Of a stretch of DNA of 64,000 bases, positions 18,996 to 28,578 are shown one piece after another. Under the pieces are notes generated by a model. That model was not told the DNA's origin, ran no database searches, and was given only the letters and a program-made list of their open reading frames with translations. Each line of letters opens with the position of its first letter. Within the stretch, counting starts at the first letter, position 1. The DNA is from a virus. The translations under genes were made by a program, and so were the position numbers. The stretch is from the IMG/VR virus record IMGVR_UViG_3300044568_003751, positions 1 to 64,000 of that record; one strand, given 5' to 3'.

Positions 18996-19905
18996 CATAG
19001 CAGATCTAGACTGCATTTATCTATCATATGATGAGCCGGAAAAAGAACAGTATTGGATCCGCATTCGTAACATGGTGCCTTGGGCCAAGCGTGTGGATGG
19101 TGTACTGGGAAGCGATGCGGCACACAAAGCCGCGGCCCTGGCGTCTGAAACAGAACGATTTATCCTTGTGGATGGGGACAATATACCCGACCCAGCGTTT
19201 TTTAATCAAACGCTTGATTTTGCCACACCTGAACATGAGCGGGCTGTGTTCCGCTGGCGAGCTCGTAATCATGTGAACGGACTCATGTACGGCAACGGCG
19301 GCTTGAGTTCGTGGACACGTGAGCATGTGATGAACATGAAGTCTCACGAGAACACCGACGGTCGTGACGAAACTGTGGTGGAGTTTTGTTTTGATCCGCT
19401 ATACTGGCCCATGCACGACTGCTATTCTACTACCTATCCCAATCAATCACCGTTCCATGCTTGGCGTGCCGGATTTCGTGAAGGTGTCAAAATGTGTCTA
19501 CAGCGTGGTCGTAGACCCACACTGGATGAATTTAAAAAACAGGTCTTACGAAATCTTGATCATTTGACCATATGGCATAATGTGGGTGCAGATGCAGAAC
19601 ATGGAGAGTGGTGCATTGCCGGCGCACGTCAAGGAACTTACATGACCATGCTCACTGCCTGGGATTACAAACTGGTTCAAGATTTTTCAGCTCTGGCAGA
19701 ATTATGGTCAACTGTGAAAGATTCACAACCAAGACTTTTAAGCAACCAATTGGGACCAGAATTGGGCACCCAATTAGATCTGCCCATGGCCATATTAGAG
19801 TCGGAACAAAGTAGTTTTTTCAAGTATCACTATCGTAGTAACTGGCACAATCGTGGCGTTATGACACGTGAGATAGATGTCATCCGCCAACAAGAAGGCT
19901 GGTAA
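18982..19905 (+). CDS. Glycosyltransferase-like protein (GT-A)
   Basis: IYLSYDEP, FILVDGDN (DxD), NGLMYGNGG and AWRAGFREGVK motifs. Confidence 0.55.
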   Translation: MNPIDIADLDCIYLSYDEPEKEQYWIRIRNMVPWAKRVDGVLGSDAAHKAAALASETERFILVDGDNIPDPAFFNQTLDFATPEHERAVFRWRARNHVNGLMYGNGGLSSWTREHVMNMKSHENTDGRDETVVEFCFDPLYWPMHDCYSTTYPNQSPFHAWRAGFREGVKMCLQRGRRPTLDEFKKQVLRNLDHLTIWHNVGADAEHGEWCIAGARQGTYMTMLTAWDYKLVQDFSALAELWSTVKDSQPRLLSNQLGPELGTQLDLPMAILESEQSSFFKYHYRSNWHNRGVMTREIDVIRQQEGW

Positions 19906-20590
19906 TTTTGTTTGCTAATTCTAAATGAGTTCTTGGACCATAATGGAATCCGTCTCGTGCAAAGTCCAATTGAGTCATTGGTGGAATTAGATCTGCACCC
20001 AACTCTGCATAGTCAACAGGTTGATCGTGCCAGTTGGTTATAAAACTATGCACCAATTTGGTATCACCTGCCAGGGCCTGTATTGTTTGGAAGTTTGTGA
20101 ACCAATTTTGATAATTCTCTTCGGAAGAGTATAATGGTTCGCACTCGGTACGTTCATCATCGTGCCAGTCTGGTTGAGGTCGCTCTCTGCGATGACTGAA
20201 TGTATAATGTATTACAATGGCCTTTGGTTGAAACAGTTGCAGTAGTTGTTGAAGTTTTCTTGCTATCCAATCGTTACTGGCACCGTTTAGACTGAAGTTG
20301 AGCACCTGGTGCAATAGTTGTTGCTCCAATAGATCTGTATATCGTTCTTGTGTGTTGTTTCCTAGTCCCAGAGTAAAACTATCTCCTAACACCAGAATTG
20401 CATTGTGTTCGAATTTGTCAACCGAGTGTGTTCTAAATCCAACTTGGTTGAACTGATAACTCACTGGAGGGTGCTGATCAAACCGTCGGTGGTCAAAGCA
20501 ATGCGCTCGGCTGTCCATGCCAAGAGAGTCTGACTGCAAGTTAGCATAAAAAGGAATATGGATATGATGCCGAACAAAATCTATGTACAT
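19880..20590 (-). CDS. SGNH/GDSL-hydrolase-like protein
   Basis: YQFNQVGFR, LGDSFTLG, NFSLNGASND and DGFHYG (DxxH) blocks. Confidence 0.65.
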   Translation of the reverse strand: MYIDFVRHHIHIPFYANLQSDSLGMDSRAHCFDHRRFDQHPPVSYQFNQVGFRTHSVDKFEHNAILVLGDSFTLGLGNNTQERYTDLLEQQLLHQVLNFSLNGASNDWIARKLQQLLQLFQPKAIVIHYTFSHRRERPQPDWHDDERTECEPLYSSEENYQNWFTNFQTIQALAGDTKLVHSFITNWHDQPVDYAELGADLIPPMTQLDFARDGFHYGPRTHLELANKITSLLVGG

Positions 20591-20604
20591 AAATATTTTT
20601 CACA

Positions 20605-20649
20605 ATGAATGTTTTAATACTTACTCCTGATCGTATGAGCGTTAAATGA
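20605..20649 (+). other. 14-codon ORF MNVLILTPDRMSVK (gene remnant or leader peptide)
   Basis: Follows CATAAATA (20588-20595). Stop overlaps the next ATG (ATGA). Confidence 0.4.
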
Positions 20650-21347
20650 TTATTGCATTTTATCCTGGCGCAGGCGGCAATAGATACCTACAAAAGTTGT
20701 TGGGCAACGACTGGTCGCAACCACACACAAGTTATGACCAAATCAACACCAATCAACAGTATGCACATCGGTATCTGCTGGATCATGTGCCACAAACTGA
20801 ATCCCAGTACATATTAACACATTGCATGAACAGCCAAAAGATACAGCAGACATTTCCAGGACATGCTATAATGTTTATCAAAAGCCATCTTCAAATTAGT
20901 CTGCAGAGAGAATGGGCACTGCACGGACATCAACGATTTCAGGACCGAAAGATAAAGAATACAGTGTCAAGACTGGAGCACTACTGGGCTTTCCGAGCGT
21001 CCACCTGGCCCGATATTGAGCATGAAGATCAAATTGATCAATTGCCCGAGAATATTAGACAAGAAGTCCAAATTGATTATGTCAAAGTAGTCAACAGCGT
21101 CATTCATACAGTGCCCGGCAAACTAGCCCAATATACACGCAACACAATTGACAAGATCAATTCAGCATATGAAATCATTAAATGGCATCTGGATTATTAT
21201 GATCAGTATCCTGTGGACTTTGCCGGGGCCGAACAGGTTATTGATATAGATTCCGACAACAATGAGTTTGGTGCGCTGATGCAGGCAGAACTTGATCGAT
21301 ACCAAAGTGAAATATTCAATCAAGTATGGAACGCTGTCAATGAGTAA
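20646..21347 (+). CDS. Hypothetical protein with N-terminal P-loop/sulfotransferase-like start
   Basis: MIIAFYPGAGGNRYL N-terminus. Confidence 0.45.
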   Translation: MIIAFYPGAGGNRYLQKLLGNDWSQPHTSYDQINTNQQYAHRYLLDHVPQTESQYILTHCMNSQKIQQTFPGHAIMFIKSHLQISLQREWALHGHQRFQDRKIKNTVSRLEHYWAFRASTWPDIEHEDQIDQLPENIRQEVQIDYVKVVNSVIHTVPGKLAQYTRNTIDKINSAYEIIKWHLDYYDQYPVDFAGAEQVIDIDSDNNEFGALMQAELDRYQSEIFNQVWNAVNE

Positions 21348-22716
21348 TAAAAGTGTGTTTATGGGCTCAGCAGAGCAAATGAAAGACAAACTGGGCCCTG
21401 CATTGTGCCTGGCCAAATGGAAACAAGTATCATTACACCTGCCCACAGGACTCAACAACTCATGTTACCATCCTCCATTACACGCAATTGATCCTGTGGC
21501 CATTGCTGCCAATCCTGCGGCACTGCACAATACCGAACACAAAAAAGCACAACGACAGTTGATGCTGTCAGGTGAACGTCCTGCAGAATGCTCTTACTGC
21601 TGGAACATGGAAGATCAGGGCAAACTCAGCGACAGACACTATCGTTCAGGAGAACCTTGGGCCGCAGTGGACTTTGAACAAATAAAAAATAGTACAGGAG
21701 CCGAAGATGATATTATCCCTAGTTATGTTGAAGTTAATTTTAATCACGCTTGCAATCTCAAGTGTAGTTATTGTAGTCCTCAATTTAGTAGCAGTTGGCA
21801 CGATGAAGCCCAGAGAATGGGGCCTTATGCTACCAGTACTCCGCACAACAGCCTGGACCATTTTACCGGGAATAGGCGCATTATTCCTGCCCGAGAGCAT
21901 AACCCTTATGTAGAAGCATTTTGGGCATGGTGGCCCCGACTATATCCCACACTGGAACACTTCCGCATGACCGGTGGCGAACCGCTAATGGATCGCAATA
22001 CCTATCGAGTGTTTGACCATGTGATTGAGAACCCGTCAAAGAAACTGCATCTAAATGTCACATCAAACTTCTCAGTAGATGAAGTGTTGTTTCAAAAGTA
22101 TCTGGCCGCTGTCAAAACCATTTGTGATGGCCGCATAGAACATTTCATGCAGTATGTAAGTTTAGATGGCTGGGGTACTCAAGCAGAATACATGCGACAC
22201 GGCATGAACTTTGATCTAGTGTGGTCACGTGTGGATCAATATCTTACGCAAGTGCCCTCCTACAACAGTCTAACGTTTATTATCACAATGAACAATCTGT
22301 CTGTAAGCAGTCTGCAACAACTGCTGGAAGGCATACTAGAACTACGCCGCAAGCACAGCACCACGTATCAACGTGTGTGGTTCGATACACCTGTGCTACG
22401 TGAGCCTGTGTGGCAAAGCCTGCAGATCTTGCCTGAATCATATGCACAACGACTAGAAAGTGTGCGTGACTGGATGAGTCAACATTTAACCACCGAATCA
22501 GATCCTTACAACGGATTCAAAGACTACGAAGTGGCAAGATTAGACAGGGACATTGCTTGGATGCGCAGTGCCCAGACACAAGATCATAGCCTGGCACGTG
22601 CAGACTTTTATCGTTTCTTTAGTGAACACGACCAACGCAGAGGCACTGATTTTTTGCAGACTTTTCCAGAAATGAAATCATGGTGGACTGAATGTGAGTA
22701 CCACACTAGATCATGA
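21340..22716 (+). CDS. Radical SAM enzyme with N-terminal twitch/SPASM-like domain
   Basis: CNLKCSYC and TGGEP. N-terminal CLAKW...SCYHP...CSYCW. Confidence 0.9.
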   Translation: MSNKSVFMGSAEQMKDKLGPALCLAKWKQVSLHLPTGLNNSCYHPPLHAIDPVAIAANPAALHNTEHKKAQRQLMLSGERPAECSYCWNMEDQGKLSDRHYRSGEPWAAVDFEQIKNSTGAEDDIIPSYVEVNFNHACNLKCSYCSPQFSSSWHDEAQRMGPYATSTPHNSLDHFTGNRRIIPAREHNPYVEAFWAWWPRLYPTLEHFRMTGGEPLMDRNTYRVFDHVIENPSKKLHLNVTSNFSVDEVLFQKYLAAVKTICDGRIEHFMQYVSLDGWGTQAEYMRHGMNFDLVWSRVDQYLTQVPSYNSLTFIITMNNLSVSSLQQLLEGILELRRKHSTTYQRVWFDTPVLREPVWQSLQILPESYAQRLESVRDWMSQHLTTESDPYNGFKDYEVARLDRDIAWMRSAQTQDHSLARADFYRFFSEHDQRRGTDFLQTFPEMKSWWTECEYHTRS

Positions 22717-23771
22717 AGTTGTATGTGGATCATTACTGTGAGATTGCTGACATGTTGGCACATTGGACAACAGAACAATTCTATGGGTTTGAACAGTTAA
22801 CAATTGACCCAGGCGCCACCTACGTTGTGGGTCGCATACAACTCAAAAACAATGCAGAACAAATTCGACGCATAGTAACCGAGCGCACAGCCAAAGTGAT
22901 CTTTTCGAACCCTGCTGAAGGGTCAGAAACATTTGTACAGCACCTGCGCCTGTATGGTGTAGAAGATCTAGTATTAGACGGACTGCTACCTGTTGTGGTG
23001 GGCGGCCCAGTACCGGATGCGTACCCACACATGCTGTATGAACATTTTTTGACACAGCCATTTAGATACCAAGAAAATTGTGCGGCTGCAGATCGTGTGA
23101 GTGAGGTGTTTGCTAAAAAACACAAGCCCTACCGGTTCCTTTTCTTGAATGGCCGTTCGAGACCGCATCGCCGTGCATTGATTAATGCCTTTGAACAGCG
23201 CGGATTGTTGGCACAAGCATTATGGACAAATCTAGACTCACATGCAGGCCCTGTTCATTTGTTACCCCCAGAATACGAAGTAGAACAATTTCAACCGCAC
23301 ATGAACACCACTCAGCAGGGTTTTGTCAAAGCAGAGTTGTTTAATAATTTATGGGGCGAAATATACATTCGATCGGAACCCTATATTGACACTTACTTTT
23401 CAGTAGTGACAGAAACAGTATTTGATTATGCCCACAGTTTCAGAACAGAAAAGATAGCCAAGCCCTTGTGTCAAGGGCATCCGTGGATTGCCGCTGCCAA
23501 CGCAGGCTTTTACAGAGACATGCACAATCTGGGATTCCAGACTTTTGGGCACGTGATAGACGAATCATTTGATTCTATAGACAATGCTCAAGATAGGATC
23601 AATCGCATTGTGACCATAGTGGATGACCTTTGTGGCCAAGATCTGCTACAATTACTAGCGGCATGTGAAAGTGTTTGTAAATACAATCAACAACATCTAC
23701 GCACCGTGAGTCAAAAGTGGCAACGGGAATTGCCCTCTCGATTTTTTGACTTTTTATCCCAGCACCCATGA
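22713..23771 (+). CDS. Glycosyltransferase-like protein (GT10-like C-terminus), paralogue 1
   Basis: VVTET...TEKIAKP...GFQTF...IDESFD motif shared with the genes at 34107 and 35254. Confidence 0.5.
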   Translation: MKLYVDHYCEIADMLAHWTTEQFYGFEQLTIDPGATYVVGRIQLKNNAEQIRRIVTERTAKVIFSNPAEGSETFVQHLRLYGVEDLVLDGLLPVVVGGPVPDAYPHMLYEHFLTQPFRYQENCAAADRVSEVFAKKHKPYRFLFLNGRSRPHRRALINAFEQRGLLAQALWTNLDSHAGPVHLLPPEYEVEQFQPHMNTTQQGFVKAELFNNLWGEIYIRSEPYIDTYFSVVTETVFDYAHSFRTEKIAKPLCQGHPWIAAANAGFYRDMHNLGFQTFGHVIDESFDSIDNAQDRINRIVTIVDDLCGQDLLQLLAACESVCKYNQQHLRTVSQKWQRELPSRFFDFLSQHP

Positions 23772-25105
23772 ATGATCTAGAATTTAAACACACAGTATTA
23801 GACCGACTCTCAGCCAGTTTCTGTGCGGCAAAATGGTATAACGCAACCATTTGGTTAGGAAGTGGGCAGACCACAAGTTGCCATCACCCGCCAGCCCATT
23901 TGGTGGACCCGGATCGAGTCCGCGCCAACCCTAGGCTGTTGCACAATACTGATCAAAAGAAAAAGGATCGTCTACAGATGATCCTTGGGGAGCGTCCCCC
24001 TGGCTGCGAGTACTGTTGGAAAATAGAAGACATGGGTCGGGACGCTATTAGTGACCGTGTGTACAAATCGAAGATATATCCTATAGAGGCGCTAGATGAA
24101 GCATTTAATACTGCACCCGATCGAGATGTCAATCTCCGTACCTTGGAAATTGCTTTTGATCGTACTTGTCAATTTGCTTGTTCTTACTGCAACCCTGCTT
24201 TTAGCACAACTTGGGTTAGTGATATTCGACGTAACGGACCCTATCAAGATCTTGTTAGTGACGGGCGCAATCACTTTACCCACACCCATGATAGTGCTCA
24301 ATTGTTTAAGATCACAGAGAGTAATCCCTACGTTGATGCATTTTTTGCATGGTGGGAAACAGATCTACATCGTACCCTTACAGAACTTAGAATCACAGGA
24401 GGAGAGCCCCTTATGTCCGCCCACACCTGGCGGCTCATTGACTGGTTTCGAGAGCACACGGGCAAGAGTACTACACGCTTGGCTATCAATAGTAACCTGG
24501 GCACCGACGTTGACATTGACCGACTGCTTGCCAGCACCAAGGGAATGTCAATCGACCTATACACCAGCAATGAAGCCGTTTCCGTTCAAGCCGAGTACAT
24601 CCGTGATGGGCTTGTATGGGACGACTGGGCTAACAATGTAGAACGCCTGTTGGACTCTGGGCAGTTCCGTGGCATACATGTGATGTGTACCATTAACGCT
24701 CTTTGTTTGAGCACACTGGATCAATTGCTGGAATGCATAATGAATTGGAAAATTAAATACGGACGTGACGCCATATCATTTACATTAAATATCCTACGCT
24801 TTCCTAGTTTTCAGTCGCCTTTGGTTTTACCTGAGGCCCAGCGCACAGTATACAGACAAAGTCTAGTCACATGGCTGGCGCACTGGGCTGATAGTGAATT
24901 CATTCACGAGCATGAAGTAAATCACACACAGCGTCTAATAGATTACTTGGATGTGGTAAAAACTCCCCATTCAGAAGCATTTGATCGACCTAAGTTATTG
25001 AACGATTTTAAACAGTTCTACACACAGTATGATCAACGTAGATCAAAAGACTTTGGTCTAGCGTTCCCTGAACTAAAAGAATGGTATGACTCAATACAAG
25101 TATAA
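23768..25105 (+). CDS. Radical SAM enzyme with N-terminal twitch/SPASM-like domain
   Basis: CQFACSYC and TGGEP. N-terminal CAAKW...SCHHP...CEYCW. Confidence 0.9.
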   Translation: MNDLEFKHTVLDRLSASFCAAKWYNATIWLGSGQTTSCHHPPAHLVDPDRVRANPRLLHNTDQKKKDRLQMILGERPPGCEYCWKIEDMGRDAISDRVYKSKIYPIEALDEAFNTAPDRDVNLRTLEIAFDRTCQFACSYCNPAFSTTWVSDIRRNGPYQDLVSDGRNHFTHTHDSAQLFKITESNPYVDAFFAWWETDLHRTLTELRITGGEPLMSAHTWRLIDWFREHTGKSTTRLAINSNLGTDVDIDRLLASTKGMSIDLYTSNEAVSVQAEYIRDGLVWDDWANNVERLLDSGQFRGIHVMCTINALCLSTLDQLLECIMNWKIKYGRDAISFTLNILRFPSFQSPLVLPEAQRTVYRQSLVTWLAHWADSEFIHEHEVNHTQRLIDYLDVVKTPHSEAFDRPKLLNDFKQFYTQYDQRRSKDFGLAFPELKEWYDSIQV

Positions 25106-26348
25106 TAGCACAGATCTAGTACGCCCAACAGAATTAACTGAGCGTGAGCGTTTCCTATTAGAAGATTCTAAAACATTCTGTATATACCCATGGATCCATT
25201 TACACGCTTATCCTACAGGCGAAGCATATCCCTGTTGCCATGCTGAAATGAAACCAGGTGTTGTGGGCAACTGTAGAACCAATACGCTTGAAGAAATATG
25301 GACAGGCAAACCCATGAAGCAACTACGTGATAGTATGTTGAGTGAAACGCCACATGCGGCTTGCATACGCTGTTATGAACAAGAACAGTCGGGATTCTTT
25401 TCGGGACGTAAATCGGCTAACAAACACCACGGGCATCACATAAAAAAACTGGAAACAAACCCATTTGAAATGACCTACTGGGATATTCGTTTTAGTAACT
25501 TGTGTAACTTGAAATGTAGATCTTGCGGGCATATCTTTAGTTCGCAATGGTATCAGGACCAGGCAAAACTAGCAGGACCAGAATGGAAGGATCGCAATAG
25601 TGTGCTAAACTATGCAGGTCGTACAGAAACAGACATGTGGACACAATTAGAGCCCCATTTGGACTATGTGGAACAGATTTACTTTGCAGGTGGTGAGCCA
25701 TTGTTAATGGAAGAACACTACCGCATTCTGGAAGAACTGGTAAAACGCAAACGTTTTGATGTACGACTAATCTACAACACCAACTTCACGCACACAGACC
25801 TTAAAGGCCGGAGCGTATTTGAGTATTGGCGACAGTTTAACAGTGTAGCAGTGGGTGCCAGCCTAGATGGTATGGGACACCCTGCTGAATATATTAGAAA
25901 AGGCACCCGATGGTATGACGTTGTTCAGAATCGTCATAGAATGATTGCAACATGCCCCGACGTGGACTTTTATATCAGCCCCACACTCAGCATAATGAAT
26001 GCTTGGCACCTGCCAGACTTTCACAAGGAGTGGGTCTCTGCTGGATTAATTCGCGCACAGGATTTAAATGTAAATATACTGCAAGATCCTGCACACTATC
26101 GTATAGACATTGCTCCTGCAGAATATAAACAACGCCTGGAAGAAAAGTATTTGAAACACCTATCCTGGATGAGCGACAGAGATCCGCTACAACGTGCCAC
26201 ACAAGGGTTCCGGAGCGCCATTGCCTTTATGAACGCAACAGATAATACCCAACTAATAGATACATTCTGGCGCAAGACACATGAATTAGATGATATTAGA
26301 AATGAATCGTGGTCACATGCATTACCAGAATTGGCCGCATTAAAATGA
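25086..26348 (+). CDS. Radical SAM enzyme with N-terminal twitch/SPASM domain
   Basis: CNLKCRSC and AGGEP. N-terminal CIYPW...PCC...CIRC. Confidence 0.9.
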   Translation: MTQYKYNSTDLVRPTELTERERFLLEDSKTFCIYPWIHLHAYPTGEAYPCCHAEMKPGVVGNCRTNTLEEIWTGKPMKQLRDSMLSETPHAACIRCYEQEQSGFFSGRKSANKHHGHHIKKLETNPFEMTYWDIRFSNLCNLKCRSCGHIFSSQWYQDQAKLAGPEWKDRNSVLNYAGRTETDMWTQLEPHLDYVEQIYFAGGEPLLMEEHYRILEELVKRKRFDVRLIYNTNFTHTDLKGRSVFEYWRQFNSVAVGASLDGMGHPAEYIRKGTRWYDVVQNRHRMIATCPDVDFYISPTLSIMNAWHLPDFHKEWVSAGLIRAQDLNVNILQDPAHYRIDIAPAEYKQRLEEKYLKHLSWMSDRDPLQRATQGFRSAIAFMNATDNTQLIDTFWRKTHELDDIRNESWSHALPELAALK

Positions 26349-27562
26349 ATTTACCACAAGACAAATTTTGCGTGTTGCCCTGGATCAGCCTAGAAGCCTC
26401 ACCTGTAGGAACTGTGCGTCCATGTTGCTTGGCCGATGACGAGATACTAGATGATGCAGGCCGCAAGTTTGAATTAAGTACGGCTAACTTTCGAGACATA
26501 CAAAACTCCGATCACATGCGTCAACTACGCCAACAGTTCTTGGACAGCGAACAGCCACAAACATGCCGTAAATGCTGGTCAGAAGAACGTGCTGGTCGTA
26601 CTAGCAAACGTATGCACACACTAGACAGACTCAAGCACATGGGCATCGGGTCAGAATTCACAGCAGATGCCAAGCCACTCATGTTCTTGGATCTCAAACT
26701 GGGCAATATATGTAATCTTAAATGTCGCATATGCGGGTCATGGTCATCAAGTCAATTTGCCGCAGAAGATATTGCACAACTACCCCGGGACGAACAGAAA
26801 AAGTCACACGCTTACACAATGCTACGGGCCGGTGCATGGCCCAGAGAAAATGATCAATTCTGGTCGGAAATAGACAATCATTTAAATGACATACGCTATA
26901 TAGAATTCACCGGCGGTGAACCATTCTTGATTGACGAGCATTTTGATATGCTACAGGGCATGGTGGATCGTGGTATTGCTGATCAAGTTGAAATTCATTA
27001 CAACACCAATGGCACACAATATCCCCAACGTGGGGAACAGATTTGGCGTCATTTCCGCAAGGTAGAAATTGCATTCTCTATAGATGACACAGGTGAGCGT
27101 TTTGAATATCAGCGTTCAAATGCTGAGTGGAAGCTGGTATGTGAGAACATGGATCGTTTCCGTGACTTGAAAGAAATACACGCTAATATTCATTTGCAAA
27201 TCTGCACCACAGTAAATGTGTTTAACATTCGCTACATAGATCAATTGGCTGTGTGGCTGGACCGCAATACCAACAGCTTTGAATTTGTGTATTGGAATGT
27301 CATGCATGACGCTTGGTATTTCTCCGTTGCTACCCTGCCTGACACGGCCAAACTAGCACTGACCCAACATTTGTCAACAGCAGCCATTCCCCCGCGTTGG
27401 CAAGGGGAGTTTGCTAGGATTGTGGACTTTATGAATGGCGGCGCAAGCACAGATGGATTTATGTTACGCATGAAAATACAGGATCTAGATCTCAAAAGAA
27501 ATACTGACTTCGCAATTAGTTGTCCTGAAATGGCTGAATTAATTGAATACAGCAGGTGTTAG
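26345..27562 (+). CDS. Radical SAM enzyme with N-terminal twitch/SPASM domain
   Basis: CNLKCRIC and TGGEP. N-terminal CVLPW...PCC...CRKC. Confidence 0.9.
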   Translation: MNLPQDKFCVLPWISLEASPVGTVRPCCLADDEILDDAGRKFELSTANFRDIQNSDHMRQLRQQFLDSEQPQTCRKCWSEERAGRTSKRMHTLDRLKHMGIGSEFTADAKPLMFLDLKLGNICNLKCRICGSWSSSQFAAEDIAQLPRDEQKKSHAYTMLRAGAWPRENDQFWSEIDNHLNDIRYIEFTGGEPFLIDEHFDMLQGMVDRGIADQVEIHYNTNGTQYPQRGEQIWRHFRKVEIAFSIDDTGERFEYQRSNAEWKLVCENMDRFRDLKEIHANIHLQICTTVNVFNIRYIDQLAVWLDRNTNSFEFVYWNVMHDAWYFSVATLPDTAKLALTQHLSTAAIPPRWQGEFARIVDFMNGGASTDGFMLRMKIQDLDLKRNTDFAISCPEMAELIEYSRC

Positions 27563-27618
27563 ATTAATTTTCGATCCCGATGATCACAAAATTGCTACAT
27601 ATAGAAGGAAAGATTTCA

Positions 27619-28578
27619 ATGAAAAAGATATTGGTATGCGGAGCAGGAGGATTTATTGGCACACACCTTGTGCGCAGCCTACGAGCACAGGGCCATCATG
27701 TGATAGGAGCAGATTTAAAATTTCCTGAGTTTTCAGTCACCGCCGCAAATGAATTCCGTCAAGTGGACCTGCGCAATCAACAGCTGGTTGCACAATTAAT
27801 CACACAAGACATAGATGAAATATATCAACTGGCCGCAGACATGGGCGGTGCTGGGTTTGTTAATACAGGTGATAATGATGCTGACATCATGTACAATTCT
27901 GCAACTATCAATCTCAACGTTCTAAATGAAATGGTCAAGAAAGAAGTTAAAAAAATATTCTATACCAGCAGCGCCTGTGTCTACCCAGAGCACAATCAAC
28001 TTGACCCCGACAATCCCACGTGCTCAGAAGCTAGTGCATATCCTGCTGATCCTGATTCCGAATACGGCTGGGAAAAACTGTTCAGTGAACGTCTTTATGC
28101 CAGCTTTGCCCGAAACTATGGTATTGACACACGCATAGCCAGATTGCACAATGTGTTTGGTCCATTGGGTTCTTGGTCAGACGGCAGAGAAAAAGCGCCA
28201 GCTGCTTTGTGTCGCAAAGTGCTGGCCAGCACAGGCACAGTGGATGTATGGGGGCCAGGGCATCAAACACGAAGTTTTATGTACATAGATGAATGCATTG
28301 AAGGCATCCACAGATTAATGGCCAGTGATTACACTCAACCCTTGAATATAGGTTCAGCCAGACTGATCAGCATCAATGAACTGGTTTACATGATTGGTGA
28401 TCTTTGTGATAAAAAGATCATGATTAACAATGTCACAGGGCCACAAGGTGTAATGGGTCGAGTCAGCGACAACACACAAATTCGGCGTGTGTTGGGCTGG
28501 GAACCTCCGGACAGCCTTGAATCGGGGCTGGAACAAACATTAAAATGGATTGCTCAACAAAGCTATGCGCAAGCCTGA
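27619..28578 (+). CDS. NAD-dependent NDP-sugar epimerase (GDP-mannose 3,5-epimerase-like)
   Basis: GAGGFIG, LAADMGGAGF, SSACVYPE, YGWEK (YxxxK) and GREKAPAALCRK motifs. Confidence 0.85.
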   Translation: MKKILVCGAGGFIGTHLVRSLRAQGHHVIGADLKFPEFSVTAANEFRQVDLRNQQLVAQLITQDIDEIYQLAADMGGAGFVNTGDNDADIMYNSATINLNVLNEMVKKEVKKIFYTSSACVYPEHNQLDPDNPTCSEASAYPADPDSEYGWEKLFSERLYASFARNYGIDTRIARLHNVFGPLGSWSDGREKAPAALCRKVLASTGTVDVWGPGHQTRSFMYIDECIEGIHRLMASDYTQPLNIGSARLISINELVYMIGDLCDKKIMINNVTGPQGVMGRVSDNTQIRRVLGWEPPDSLESGLEQTLKWIAQQSYAQA

